Part shown: positions 22,575 to 31,634 of the stretch, piece after piece
How positions within the stretch are numbered: position 1 is the first letter of the stretch
How the letters are laid out: every line of letters begins with the position of its first letter
Assembly (NCBI GenBank): GCA_963785725.1
Contig: CAWAWS010000020.1
Coordinates: 288,001-352,000 of the forward strand
Direction: 5' to 3'
Length of the DNA stretch: 64,000 nucleotides
Origin: an uncultured delta proteobacterium
GTDB taxonomy: Bacteria > Myxococcota_A > Polyangia > Palsa-1104
The notes under the pieces: generated by a model
Database searches by the model: none
What the model was told of the DNA's origin: nothing
The model's input: the letters and a program-made list of their open reading frames with translations, nothing else
Made by a program: the position numbers and the translations under genes

Positions 22575-23675
22575 AGTATCTCGACGAGTATCGCGACCGC
22601 GATGTGGCCCAGGCGCTCGTCGGCCGCATCGCCGCGACGGTGACCAAGCCTTGGGTGCTCATGGAGATGTGCGGTGGACAGACGCACTCGATCGTGCGCT
22701 ACGGCCTCGATCGACTGCTGCCGCCGATGCTCGAGCTGGTGCACGGACCCGGCTGTCCCGTGTGCGTCACGTCGCTGGAGATGATCGATCGCGCCCACGC
22801 AATCGCCGCCATGCCCGGCGTCATCTTCACGTCATTCGGCGACATGCTGCGCGTGCCTGGCTCCAACGCCGACCTCTTGCGCTTGCGCAGTCGCGGCGCC
22901 GACGTGCGCGTCGTCTACTCGCCGCTCGACGCGCTTGGCGCTGGCGCGCGCCAATCCCGACAAGCGCGTCGTGTTCTTCGCCATCGGCTTCGAGACGACG
23001 GCGCCGGCCAATGCGATGGCAGCGGTACAAGCGCGCAAGCAGAACCTGACCAACTTCTCGCTCCTGGTCTCGCACGTGCTGGTGCCGCCGGCGATCGAGA
23101 CGATCCTGCAGGCGCCGGACAATCGCGTTCAGGGCTTCCTCGGCCCAGGCCACGTCTGCGCTGTCATGGGCTTCGCCGAATACGAGGTGCTGGCGCGACA
23201 ATATCGCGTTCCGATCGTCGTCGCCGGCTTCGAGCCCGTCGATTTATTGCTGGGCATCTTGATGGCCGTGCAGCAGCTGGAAGCGGGGCACGCGACGGTC
23301 GAAAACCAATACGCTCGCACGGTCAGTCGCGACGGCAACCGTGCCGCCCGCAACCGAGTGGACGAGGTCTTCGAGGTCGCCGACCGCAAATGGCGCGGCG
23401 TCGGCGCGATCCCGCAGTCGGGCTACCGGCTGCGTCCGGAGTTTCACGCATGGGATGCGGAGCGCATCTTCGACGTCGGCACAATCGAGACGCGAGAACC
23501 GGCCCGTTGCATCAGCGGGCTCATCTTGCGCGGCGTCAAGAAGCCGTGCGACTGCTCGGCGTTTGGCAAGGACTGCACGCCGCAGAGTCCGCTCGGCGCG
23601 ACGATGGTCTCGGCCGAGGGCGCTTGCGCCGCCTATTTCCAATACGGCCGGCGCGCCGCCCGGGAAGTCGCATGA
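22571..23675 (+). CDS. hypD: Hydrogenase formation protein HypD (frameshift near 22935)
   Basis: [39 protein letters not shown]. Confidence 0.93.
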
Positions 23676-23741
23676 GCCAGTCGAGCGGCAGCCTCGCGAC
23701 GCAACCGCCCGCTTCGTTCCAACTCGAGTCGGGAGCAAACG

Positions 23742-24800
23742 ATGTCCGCTGACGCAGTGATTCCTTTTCCGGCTTGTCCCATGCCGCTCGTCGACAGCGA
23801 CGAGGTGCTGATCGGCCACGGCTCGGGTGGAAGGCTGACCGCGCAGCTCATCGAGCAGCTCATCGTGCCCGCGTTTTCCAATCCGCTGCTCGATCGTCTG
23901 GATGACGCCGCGATCGTCGACACCGACAGCGAGCGCATCGCCTTTACGACAGATTCGTACGTTGTCACGCCTATCTTCTTTCGCGGTGGCGACATCGGCG
24001 AGCTCGCTGTCAACGGCACGATCAACGACTTGGCGGTCTCGGGGGCGCGCCCACTGGCGTTGTCGCTGGCTTTTATCCTCGAGGAGGGGCTGCCATTGGC
24101 CGATCTGCGGCGGGTCATCGAGTCGGCGCGCTCGGCCGCGGCGCGCGCGGGGGTTCCCGTCGTCACCGGCGACACTAAAGTGGTTGGTCGCGGCTGCGCC
24201 GACAAGTTGTTCATCAACACGTCGGGCATAGGCGCAGTTACGCGCGGTCGACAGCTGGGCGCACGCGAGGTGCGTGCCGGCGACGCTATCGTCGTTTCCG
24301 GCACGATGGGCGACCACGGCGTGGCCATCCTATCGCAGCGACTGGGGCTCGATCTCGAAGGAGACCTGCGCAGCGATACGGCGCCACTCCACGAGCTTGC
24401 CGCGTTGGCATTGTCGGCGGCGCCCGGGCTGCACGCCATGCGCGATCCCACCCGCGGTGGTCTGGCAGCGACGCTGGTCGAGATTGCGTCCCGGCAGCGG
24501 CTGGGTGTCGCCATCGACGAGCTCGCGATTCCCATCTCCGATGCCGTGCGCGGAGCTTGCGAGATTCTAGGGCTCGATCCGCTGCTCGTCGCCAACGAAG
24601 GCAAGCTGGTGGCGTTCGTGCCCGCAGCCGAGGCCGACGCGCTCGTGGCCGCGCTGCGCCGCCACCCACTCGGTCGGAAGGCCGCCCGCATCGGTCGCGT
24701 CACCGATCAGAGCCGCGGACTAGTTACCGTCGGGACTGCCATCGGTGGCGAGCGCATCCTCGAGCTGCCCTTCGCCGAGATGCTGCCCCGAATCTGCTGA
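23742..24800 (+). CDS. hypE: Hydrogenase carbamoyl dehydratase HypE
   Basis: [39 protein letters not shown]-terminal PRIC. Confidence 0.95.
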   Translation: MSADAVIPFPACPMPLVDSDEVLIGHGSGGRLTAQLIEQLIVPAFSNPLLDRLDDAAIVDTDSERIAFTTDSYVVTPIFFRGGDIGELAVNGTINDLAVSGARPLALSLAFILEEGLPLADLRRVIESARSAAARAGVPVVTGDTKVVGRGCADKLFINTSGIGAVTRGRQLGAREVRAGDAIVVSGTMGDHGVAILSQRLGLDLEGDLRSDTAPLHELAALALSAAPGLHAMRDPTRGGLAATLVEIASRQRLGVAIDELAIPISDAVRGACEILGLDPLLVANEGKLVAFVPAAEADALVAALRRHPLGRKAARIGRVTDQSRGLVTVGTAIGGERILELPFAEMLPRIC

Positions 24801-24882
24801 ACGAGCGGCTTGCCATTGTGCGGTCAGCGTCGTTCGCATGCAGCGGGCGCGACGCATCGTCGAAAACAACTTGAGGTCGACG

Positions 24883-25280
24883 ATGCTGTTTCGTGATCGA
24901 GCGATGCTGGAAGCGATTGGCAGAGCGCGTGCTCTAACGGGAATCGAGCGTTGGTCCCAAGCCCAGCTGCCGCGTGATGGCGTCCCGGTTGGATTCGAGG
25001 TCGCGCGGGCGTTGCAGGTGCCGCTTGACGTATTCGCCGTCCGCAACCTGGGCGTCCCGGGTCAGGAAGAGTTGGCCATGGGGGCGATCGCCAGCGGACA
25101 GATTGTCGTGCTCAATTAGGAGCTCATTTCCTCGCTGGAAATTTCCGATGAGATGGTGCGTCGCACCATCGAGCACGAGCAGAGGGAGCTCGTGCGCCGC
25201 GAAGTGGCGTATCGCTTGAGCCCGCCACCGCCGCTCGCGGACCGCGGCGTCATTCTCGTTGACGATGGTTTGGCCACGCC
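24883..25280 (+). pseudogene. Phosphoribosyltransferase fragment
   Basis: [28 protein letters not shown], internal TAG, ends at VILVDDGLAT. Confidence 0.75.
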
Positions 25281-25528
25281 CAGAGCGCGTCCAGTAGTTC
25301 TTCTGTTGGGGGTGCAATATCGAATGGGTGCTCCGCCGACAGCCCCCCGACGTTCTTTGTGCCCGGCCGAAAGAATTCTCGACGGTGATACTCGTAATCG
25401 GAAAGATCAGGATAGTAGGCCATGACCGGTTTCCTTTGCGATGAAGTCCGTCCGCGTCGCTGTATCGTCGACGGTCGCCTCCTGAGTCTAGAAGCAGCGA
25501 CCGACACGACGCCATTCGGCCTCGTGAA

Positions 25529-25939
25529 CTAGCGTTGCAGAGGCTCGAAGAAGCGCCGTCCATCGACAATCGCCCGCTGCTCAATCTCGTTGCGAGTCCA
25601 AAGTTGGTCGCCGAAATCGTCCGAAGCGAGGCCGCAAAAGCGTGAGAGCAGCGTAAGGGCAAACGTTGTGGTCTCGACGGCGCCATTGTGACGGCCAGAC
25701 ACGTCCGCTGCGACACTTACTTGGATTTCACCGCTCAGTGCCGCTCGGATCGCACGAACTTCGTCTGCTTCATGCTCCGTATCGATGTCCTTGTAGAAGT
25801 CGATGTAAAGGACAGGATCGCGGCTTTCCGACACCAGGAGCCACGGCGCGTCGCCCGTCTGCGCCACGAAGTGTGCGTCCAGCACGCGAGCGACCTCTTC
25901 TTGGGTACAGCCGGTCAAATAGCAGATCACGGTCCTCAT
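25529..25939 (-). CDS. Hypothetical protein (immunity-protein-like size and composition)
   Basis: Intact acidic ORF with DVSGR...DDFGDQLWTRNEI...FF; lower GC than its neighbours. Confidence 0.55.
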   Translation of the reverse strand: MRTVICYLTGCTQEEVARVLDAHFVAQTGDAPWLLVSESRDPVLYIDFYKDIDTEHEADEVRAIRAALSGEIQVSVAADVSGRHNGAVETTTFALTLLSRFCGLASDDFGDQLWTRNEIEQRAIVDGRRFFEPLQR

Positions 25940-26019
25940 GTGCGTATCGTCCGGGGAAGATATGCCTTGACGCAATATCGGAATCAGGACGGGAGCACTG
26001 GGCCGCGCGATCGGCCCGG

Positions 26020-26505
26020 TTACGACGTATCCGTCCAGCGGAGCGGCGGCGTCCAGTTGTGTGGCAGCAGCTCGTCGATGCGCGAGGCGGGATGCACGTC
26101 GACGCGCATTAGTACGTCCTCGAGGTACGCGAAGGGATCGACCTCGCGCGCTTCACAGCTTGCTACCAGCGAGGCGAGGGTGGCGTAATGGTCGCCGGCC
26201 CCGGCGTCATCGACGAAGAGCCAATTTTTCCGATTCAGAGCGACGGTCCTCAGCGCCGATTCGGAGGCGTTGTTGTCGACCGGCACGTTCACGTTGTCGA
26301 CGAAGCAGAGGGGCCGGTCCCATTGATTGAGCGCGTAGCTGATGGCGGAGCCGAGCGGGCCTTTGGGCAGGTGCTTGGGCTGCTCCTCGACGAGCCACTC
26401 GCGGAGTCGATCCATCGCAGCGCGGGAGCGCGTCTGCCGCATCGCGAGATGTTCGGGCGTCCGCACGATCTTGCGCGCCTTGGCCTCGTGCTCGACGCGG
26501 TAGTC
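26020..26505 (-). mobile_element. IS66 family transposase 3' remnant (copy 1)
   Basis: PKGPLGSAISYALNQW, DNNASESALR, LVASC, DPFAYLEDVL, IDELLPHNW. Confidence 0.88.
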
Positions 26506-26673
26506 CTCGAGCCGGGGTTGGCGCCGGGCGCGCTCGTCGTCGCCGATGACACGCGTCGCTTCGCCGACGACTTGCGGCCGTTCCTCGAGCATGTGCGCGC
26601 GCCGGCGAGCGGCTATGTCGCGATCGATGTGCCGCTCGACGACGGCGTCGAGTTGGCCATTCGCACCGGCTGA
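26506..26673 (+). pseudogene. C-terminal remnant of an O-methyltransferase
   Basis: LEPGLAPGALVVADD...FLEHVRAPASGY...DDGVELAIR; 5' part replaced by IS66 DNA. Confidence 0.55.
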
Positions 26674-26676
26674 CGC

Positions 26677-27255
26677 TCATTCGCTGCCGCAGTCGCCGTG
26701 CTCGTATTGGTGCCACTCGTACATCGGGCCCAGCGTGAATTGCGCGCGACCGGGGCCGTACGCGTAGGCCGCGCCCGCTTCGACGCCGAGATAGTGCTTT
26801 TGCGCCGAGTAGCAGCCCCAAATCGGATCGCGTGGGTTCGGACGCAGGAGTCGCGAGCGCGACCAGAGCAGCCCGGAGAGCGCGACGTGAATGCCGGGCG
26901 TCGCGCCTACGCCGGTGGTCGGTCCGTTGGTCGCTCCGCCGAGGCCGAGGAAGCCGCCGGCGCGAAAATTCACGTGCTCCCAAACCGTCGTCACGTCGAC
27001 GCCGGCGTCGGCTTCGACAAAGCCGGTCGGCCGCGCGTCGAGCACGCCGCCGCGTAGGGCCAGCGTGGCCGCCACGATCACGTCACGTCGCGGCGATTCC
27101 GCGGCGTTGAATCCGGCGCTGGCGGCGAACGTCATGAGCACGCCCGTGCGTCCGTGCTCGTCGCTAAGCGCGAGAATGCCGGCGCGAATCGGGTGCGCGC
27201 AGCCGATCGCCGACGAGAGCGCGAGCAGCAGCGGCAGCGTGAGCACGACGCGCAT
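26677..27255 (-). CDS. Hypothetical lipoprotein / outer-membrane beta-rich protein
   Basis: Lipobox AIGC; alternating beta-strand patterns. Confidence 0.55.
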   Translation of the reverse strand: MRVVLTLPLLLALSSAIGCAHPIRAGILALSDEHGRTGVLMTFAASAGFNAAESPRRDVIVAATLALRGGVLDARPTGFVEADAGVDVTTVWEHVNFRAGGFLGLGGATNGPTTGVGATPGIHVALSGLLWSRSRLLRPNPRDPIWGCYSAQKHYLGVEAGAAYAYGPGRAQFTLGPMYEWHQYEHGDCGSE

Positions 27256-27485
27256 TCCCGCTTGTAGCGCGCGCGCGAGTCGCCGTCGATGACGTAGGTC
27301 AACCGCGCCCGCCGACGCAGCCGAGCTGCAGCAGCCACATCGTCGACCAATCGATCGCTGTGCGGTCGGTGCCGTTCGGTTGTCGTGTGGTGTCGCGTGG
27401 CGCGCGGGACATGCGCGGAACGTGTCGCGTCCGCCGCGCAATCAATCGCCATCCCGCGCCGGAAAGATCGGGCTAAGATTGCGGC

Positions 27486-28052
27486 ATGAACCCGAGCGAC
27501 GGGCTCGCGCAGCCGTGGGCGCCGCGCTGGCTGCGGCGGGTTTCGGTCGCGCTCGCGGTCGCGTTCTTGTCGCTGCTGTGGCTGGATGCGGTCGGCGCCG
27601 GCACGTCGCGCGCGCTGCCATTGTCGCTGCGGCCGTTCGTGCAAGTGGCGCAGCTCTTTCCGAACGCCGCCGAGAACGTCATCGAATGGCGCATCCTCGG
27701 CTTTCGCTGCGCGACGGGAAAGTTCGAGGAGCTCGACGTGCGGGCGTTCTTTCCCATTCACGCCGACGACAAGGAGAGCCGCTTCGAGCGCGCGCTGTTC
27801 TTCTATATGAAGACGCCGCAAGTGCTGACCGCGCTCGACGACTACGTCACGCGTCGCCAAGACGAGCTCGGAGCCGGCCAGCGCATCGGCGGCGTCATGA
27901 TCCTGAGCTTGCGCATTCCGATACCGGCGCTCGGCAGCGTCAGCGAGCGTTATCAGCGACAGCCGCTGGAGCGCTATCCGCACGACTGGCGCCACTATTG
28001 GTACACGACCGCCAGCGACGATCGGACGCGGCGCTGCGCGGAGACGCCATGA
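27486..28052 (+). CDS. Membrane-anchored partner of the HTTM protein (DUF5819/SdpA-like)
   Basis: N-terminal TM helix, VQVAQLFP motif; ATGA overlap with the HTTM gene. Confidence 0.6.
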   Translation: MNPSDGLAQPWAPRWLRRVSVALAVAFLSLLWLDAVGAGTSRALPLSLRPFVQVAQLFPNAAENVIEWRILGFRCATGKFEELDVRAFFPIHADDKESRFERALFFYMKTPQVLTALDDYVTRRQDELGAGQRIGGVMILSLRIPIPALGSVSERYQRQPLERYPHDWRHYWYTTASDDRTRRCAETP

Positions 28053-28981
28053 CCAAGCGTGGGCCGCGCCAAAAGCCAAAGACGACGAAAACGAAGCCGA
28101 AGACGCTGAGCGCGCGCGTGCGCAGCTTTTTGTTCGCGCCGCAGCCGATCGCGCGGCTCGAGCTGGTGCGCATTCTGGTGCCGCTGGCGCTGCTCGGCTT
28201 CTTCTCGTCGCGCCTCACGCATGTCGACGACTGGCTCGGCCCGGTCGGCTTTCACGTGCCCGACTTGCATGGCGGCGACTGGCGGCAGCCGCTCTACCTC
28301 GGGCCGCTGCCGATCTGGGCCGCGCGGCTCGTCGGCGGCGCGCTGGTGGCATCGGGCCTCGCGGTCGCGGCCGGCTTTCGCACGCGCATCGCGAGCGCTG
28401 TTTTCGCGGCGCTGCTCGTCTACGTCATGCTCGCCGATCGCCTGGAGACGTTCACGGTGTCGAAGCTCGGCCCGTCGCTGGTGCTGGCGCTCTTCCTGAC
28501 GCCGTCGGGCACGCGTTTCGGCGTCGACGCCTGGCTGAACCATCGGAGCGATCCGAATGCGTCGCAGCCGTCGCTGGTGTCGGGCGGTTCGGTGCGCTTC
28601 TTCCAGCTCTTTCTCGTGGTCATGTATTCGGGCTCGGGCATTGCCAAGCTGCGCGCCGATTGGCTCACCAAGCCGGTCCTGTGGAGCCACGTGCACGACA
28701 ACTATCAGACGCTCGTGAGCTACGCGCTGCAGCGTGTCTTGCCGGCGGGCGCGTGGTGGCTGCTGCAATACGTGACGCTCGTGTTCGAGGTCGGCGCGCC
28801 GCTCTGGTTCGCGCTCAAGCGGACGCGTACGCCGGCGCTGATCGCGGGACTGACGATGCATCTGATGATCGGGCTCATGTTCGGCCCGGTGGTTTGGTTC
28901 GCGCTGCTGATGGCCAGCCTGCTCGTCGCCTGCTACGCGCCGCTGCCGAAGCGACTCAGAGCGGGCCGTCAAAACCTGTGA
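28049..28981 (+). CDS. HTTM-domain membrane protein (SdpB / vitamin K-dependent carboxylase N-terminal-like)
   Basis: LELVRI, GFRTR, FGVDAW, VMYSGSGIAKL..DW, TLVFE, MHLMIGLMFG. Confidence 0.8.
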   Translation: MTKRGPRQKPKTTKTKPKTLSARVRSFLFAPQPIARLELVRILVPLALLGFFSSRLTHVDDWLGPVGFHVPDLHGGDWRQPLYLGPLPIWAARLVGGALVASGLAVAAGFRTRIASAVFAALLVYVMLADRLETFTVSKLGPSLVLALFLTPSGTRFGVDAWLNHRSDPNASQPSLVSGGSVRFFQLFLVVMYSGSGIAKLRADWLTKPVLWSHVHDNYQTLVSYALQRVLPAGAWWLLQYVTLVFEVGAPLWFALKRTRTPALIAGLTMHLMIGLMFGPVVWFALLMASLLVACYAPLPKRLRAGRQNL

Positions 28982-29118
28982 CCGAGCTGGGGCGAGCGAG
29001 GAGACCGGGCTGCGAGGCGCGCCGAGGGCGAATACCGTTGGTATTAACCGAGAAGCAACGAAGCAGACCGGACCCGTAGCCGGCCCCGGCGACCGAACAG
29101 GTTTTGACGGCTCGCTCT
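28958..29118. mobile_element. MITE-like element, 161 bp
   Basis: 22-bp terminal inverted repeats AGAGCGGGCCGTCAAAACCTGT (28958-28979) and ACAGGTTTTGACGGCTCGCTCT (29097-29118), 21/22 match; central hairpin AATACC-GTT-GGTATT. Confidence 0.75.
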
Positions 29119-29489
29119 AAGGTCAACCTATGCCGTTCACGCTGCCGCGAACTCTGCTACCGCGAGCACGCCCGCCAGGCGGGACGTAACCGTCCGACCA
29201 GAGCTGAGGATTCGTCACATCTTTTCGGCCTATTCCGATCACTTAGCTCACGTTGCGAATCCTCGACGAGAACTCGGTTCGAACGCGCTGATCGTCGCTC
29301 GCAACCTCTCGACGGGGAGACGTCGCGGCACGGCTTCGAGGTATCGGCAAATTTTCGTTTACCAGGCCGTTTGTCTGACAATCGCGATCGAAAACCGCGG
29401 TTGTTTCGATCGCTTGCGGACTTGTGATCAATGATGAGCCGACCAGAGACGCGACGGAATAGTCTCTCAGAGATTTTGTTAGATCAGAG

Positions 29490-29768
29490 TTGATGCGCCC
29501 TATCGTGGCTTACGTTCTATTCGCGATCTTCGCTCTTGTCGCTGCTGGAGCGCTCGCTGGCAATTGCGTTGTGATGATTCGTTGGTACGTGTATCGGAAA
29601 CACGGTTCGATGATCCCAGCGGTCGGAGGCACGCTTATCACGGCTGGCGTGCTTCTGTATCCGGCGACGCGAGTGAGGCAGTACGCGTGGATACCCTTTG
29701 TGATCGACCCCGGCTGTCTATACCTCCTTGCAATGACACTGTTCGGCGCGCTAAAGCCGAAGCATTAG
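29490..29768 (+). CDS. Small membrane protein
   Basis: Three hydrophobic segments; lower GC. Confidence 0.5.
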   Translation: MMRPIVAYVLFAIFALVAAGALAGNCVVMIRWYVYRKHGSMIPAVGGTLITAGVLLYPATRVRQYAWIPFVIDPGCLYLLAMTLFGALKPKH

Positions 29769-29802
29769 CTGTTTCATCGTGGCCGGACGGCCGTCGACGC
29801 CG

Positions 29803-30725
29803 GTAAATGTCCGACTGAGACGTATTGACGAGCTACGAGGTGTCAGTCCAGCGGAGCGGCGGCGTCCAGTTGTGCGGCAGCAGTTCGTCGATGCGCGAGG
29901 CGGGGTGAGTGTCGACGCGCATCAGCACGTCCTTGAGATAGGCGACTGGATCAAGATCGCGCGCTTCGCAGGTGGCGACCAGCGAATAGCGAGTGGCGAG
30001 ATGATCGCCAGCCTCGACGTCACCGACAAAGAGGAAGTTCTTCCGACCAAGAGCCACCACTCGCAGCGCGGACTCGCTGGCGTTGTTGTCGACGGGCACG
30101 TTCGCGTTTTCGAGGAAACACAAGAGGCGGTCCCACTGGTTGAGCGCGTAGCTGATCGCCTGACCGAGCGGTCCCTTCGGTAGGTGTCTCGGCTGCTCCT
30201 CGACGAGCCACTGGTGCAGGCAGTCCATCGCTGCGCGCGAGCGTGTCCGCCGCATCGCAAGTGCTCCGGCGTGCGCACGATCTTGAGCGCCTTGGCCTCG
30301 TGCTCGACGCGATAGACGTCGAGGATTAGTTCCAGCGCTCGGCGCGCCTCGACGGGCGCCGTCGGCAGGGCGTCGAATATCTTTCGCCGCACGTGCGCCA
30401 GACATCCGGCACGATCGCGGCCGTCGACGTCGGTGACGCGGTTGTAACCAGTATAGCCGTCGATGACCAGCGTGCCCTTCGTCCCGCCGAGGATCTGCAG
30501 TGGCGTCTCGCCCGAGCGACTTCTCGGCGAAGCGATACGCGATCAGATCGCCGGCGAGGAAGGTCGCTTATTCGGCCGCTGCATCTTGAGCGACGTCTCG
30601 TCCGCCTGGACGGTCTCGCTCTGTGCAATGATCGCAAGCAGTCGCTTCCACAGTGGTTCCAGCTTCTCGGCGGCGGCATGAAACAGGTCAGTCAGCGTCG
30701 AGCGCGCCATCGGGATGCCGAGCCG
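29803..30725 (-). mobile_element. IS66 family transposase remnant (copy 2) with probable right end
   Basis: VQADETSL, LVIDGY, YALNQW, DNNASE, LGRKNFLF, IDELLPHNW; GTAAATGTCCG at 29803 resembles an IS66 GTAA terminal repeat. Confidence 0.88.
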
Positions 30726-31450
30726 CTTCGACGTTGTTCCAACTCGCAGCCGCCGCGCCGCGAGGGATTGCCCAGGCGTGCCGCCACTTCGGCATCTCGC
30801 GTAAGGCCTTCTACAAGTGGAAGAAGCGCCACGACGATCACGGCGACTCTGGGCTATGCGACCGCTCGCGCACCCCATTGCGCTCTCCCAACGCCACGCC
30901 GCCGGAAGTCGTGAGCAAGATTCTCTACCCGCGGCAGAACTACCACTTCGGGCCGCGCAGGATTGCCGACTACCTGGCTCGCTTTCACAGCATCCCATTG
31001 CCGGCTCGTCGGTGCATCGCATCCTCCGCAAGCACGGCGTGAACCGGCTGCCGGCCAATCAGAAGCACCAGCAACACGCCAAGCGCTGGCTGCGCTTCGA
31101 AAAGGCCCAGCCCGGTCATCGGCTTCAGCTGGACGTGAAGTTTCTCGAGCGCATCCCTGGTAAGCGCAAGCGGCTCTACCAGTTCACCGCTATCGACGAC
31201 TGCACGCGCATTCGCATCTTGAAGATTTACGACGCCTGCAATCAATCCACTGCTGTCAGATTCATAGACGAGGTCATTCGTCGTTTGCCCTTCCGGATTC
31301 TCGTCGTGCAGACGGACAACGGCGCGGAGTTCCAGTCGAAGTTTCACTGGCACTTGGACGAGCTCGACATTCGCCACGTCTACATCAAACCGCGAACGCC
31401 ACGCCTCAACGGCAAGGTCGAACGCTCACACCGCGTCGACAATCAGGAGG
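30725..31450 (+). mobile_element. IS481 family transposase remnant
   Basis: ACRHFGISRKAFYKW HTH, QLDVK, AIDDCTR, QTDNGAEF, PRTPRLNGKVERSHR; frameshifted and truncated; boundaries approximate. Confidence 0.85.
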
Positions 31451-31634
31451 AATCCGACCGACGAGACGCGTTTCGCCGACCGGATTCGAAACGCATCGCC
31501 GCCGCCGCGCCCGGCCCTGAGCCGCCGACTCCGCCGCGTGGCCTAGATCACATCGCACAGGCGCTACGAATAGGTCGTTCGTCGTACTCGTCCGTACTAC
31601 GGTGCTCACACGCCCGACCCCGAGGCCGAATACG

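Noticed and set aside
29120..29480. Palindromes GAGGATTCG/CGAATCCTC and GCGATCGAAA/TTTCGATCGC considered as integron attC sites
   Set aside because: No cassette array, clear RYYYAAC/GTTRRRY boundaries or integron integrase
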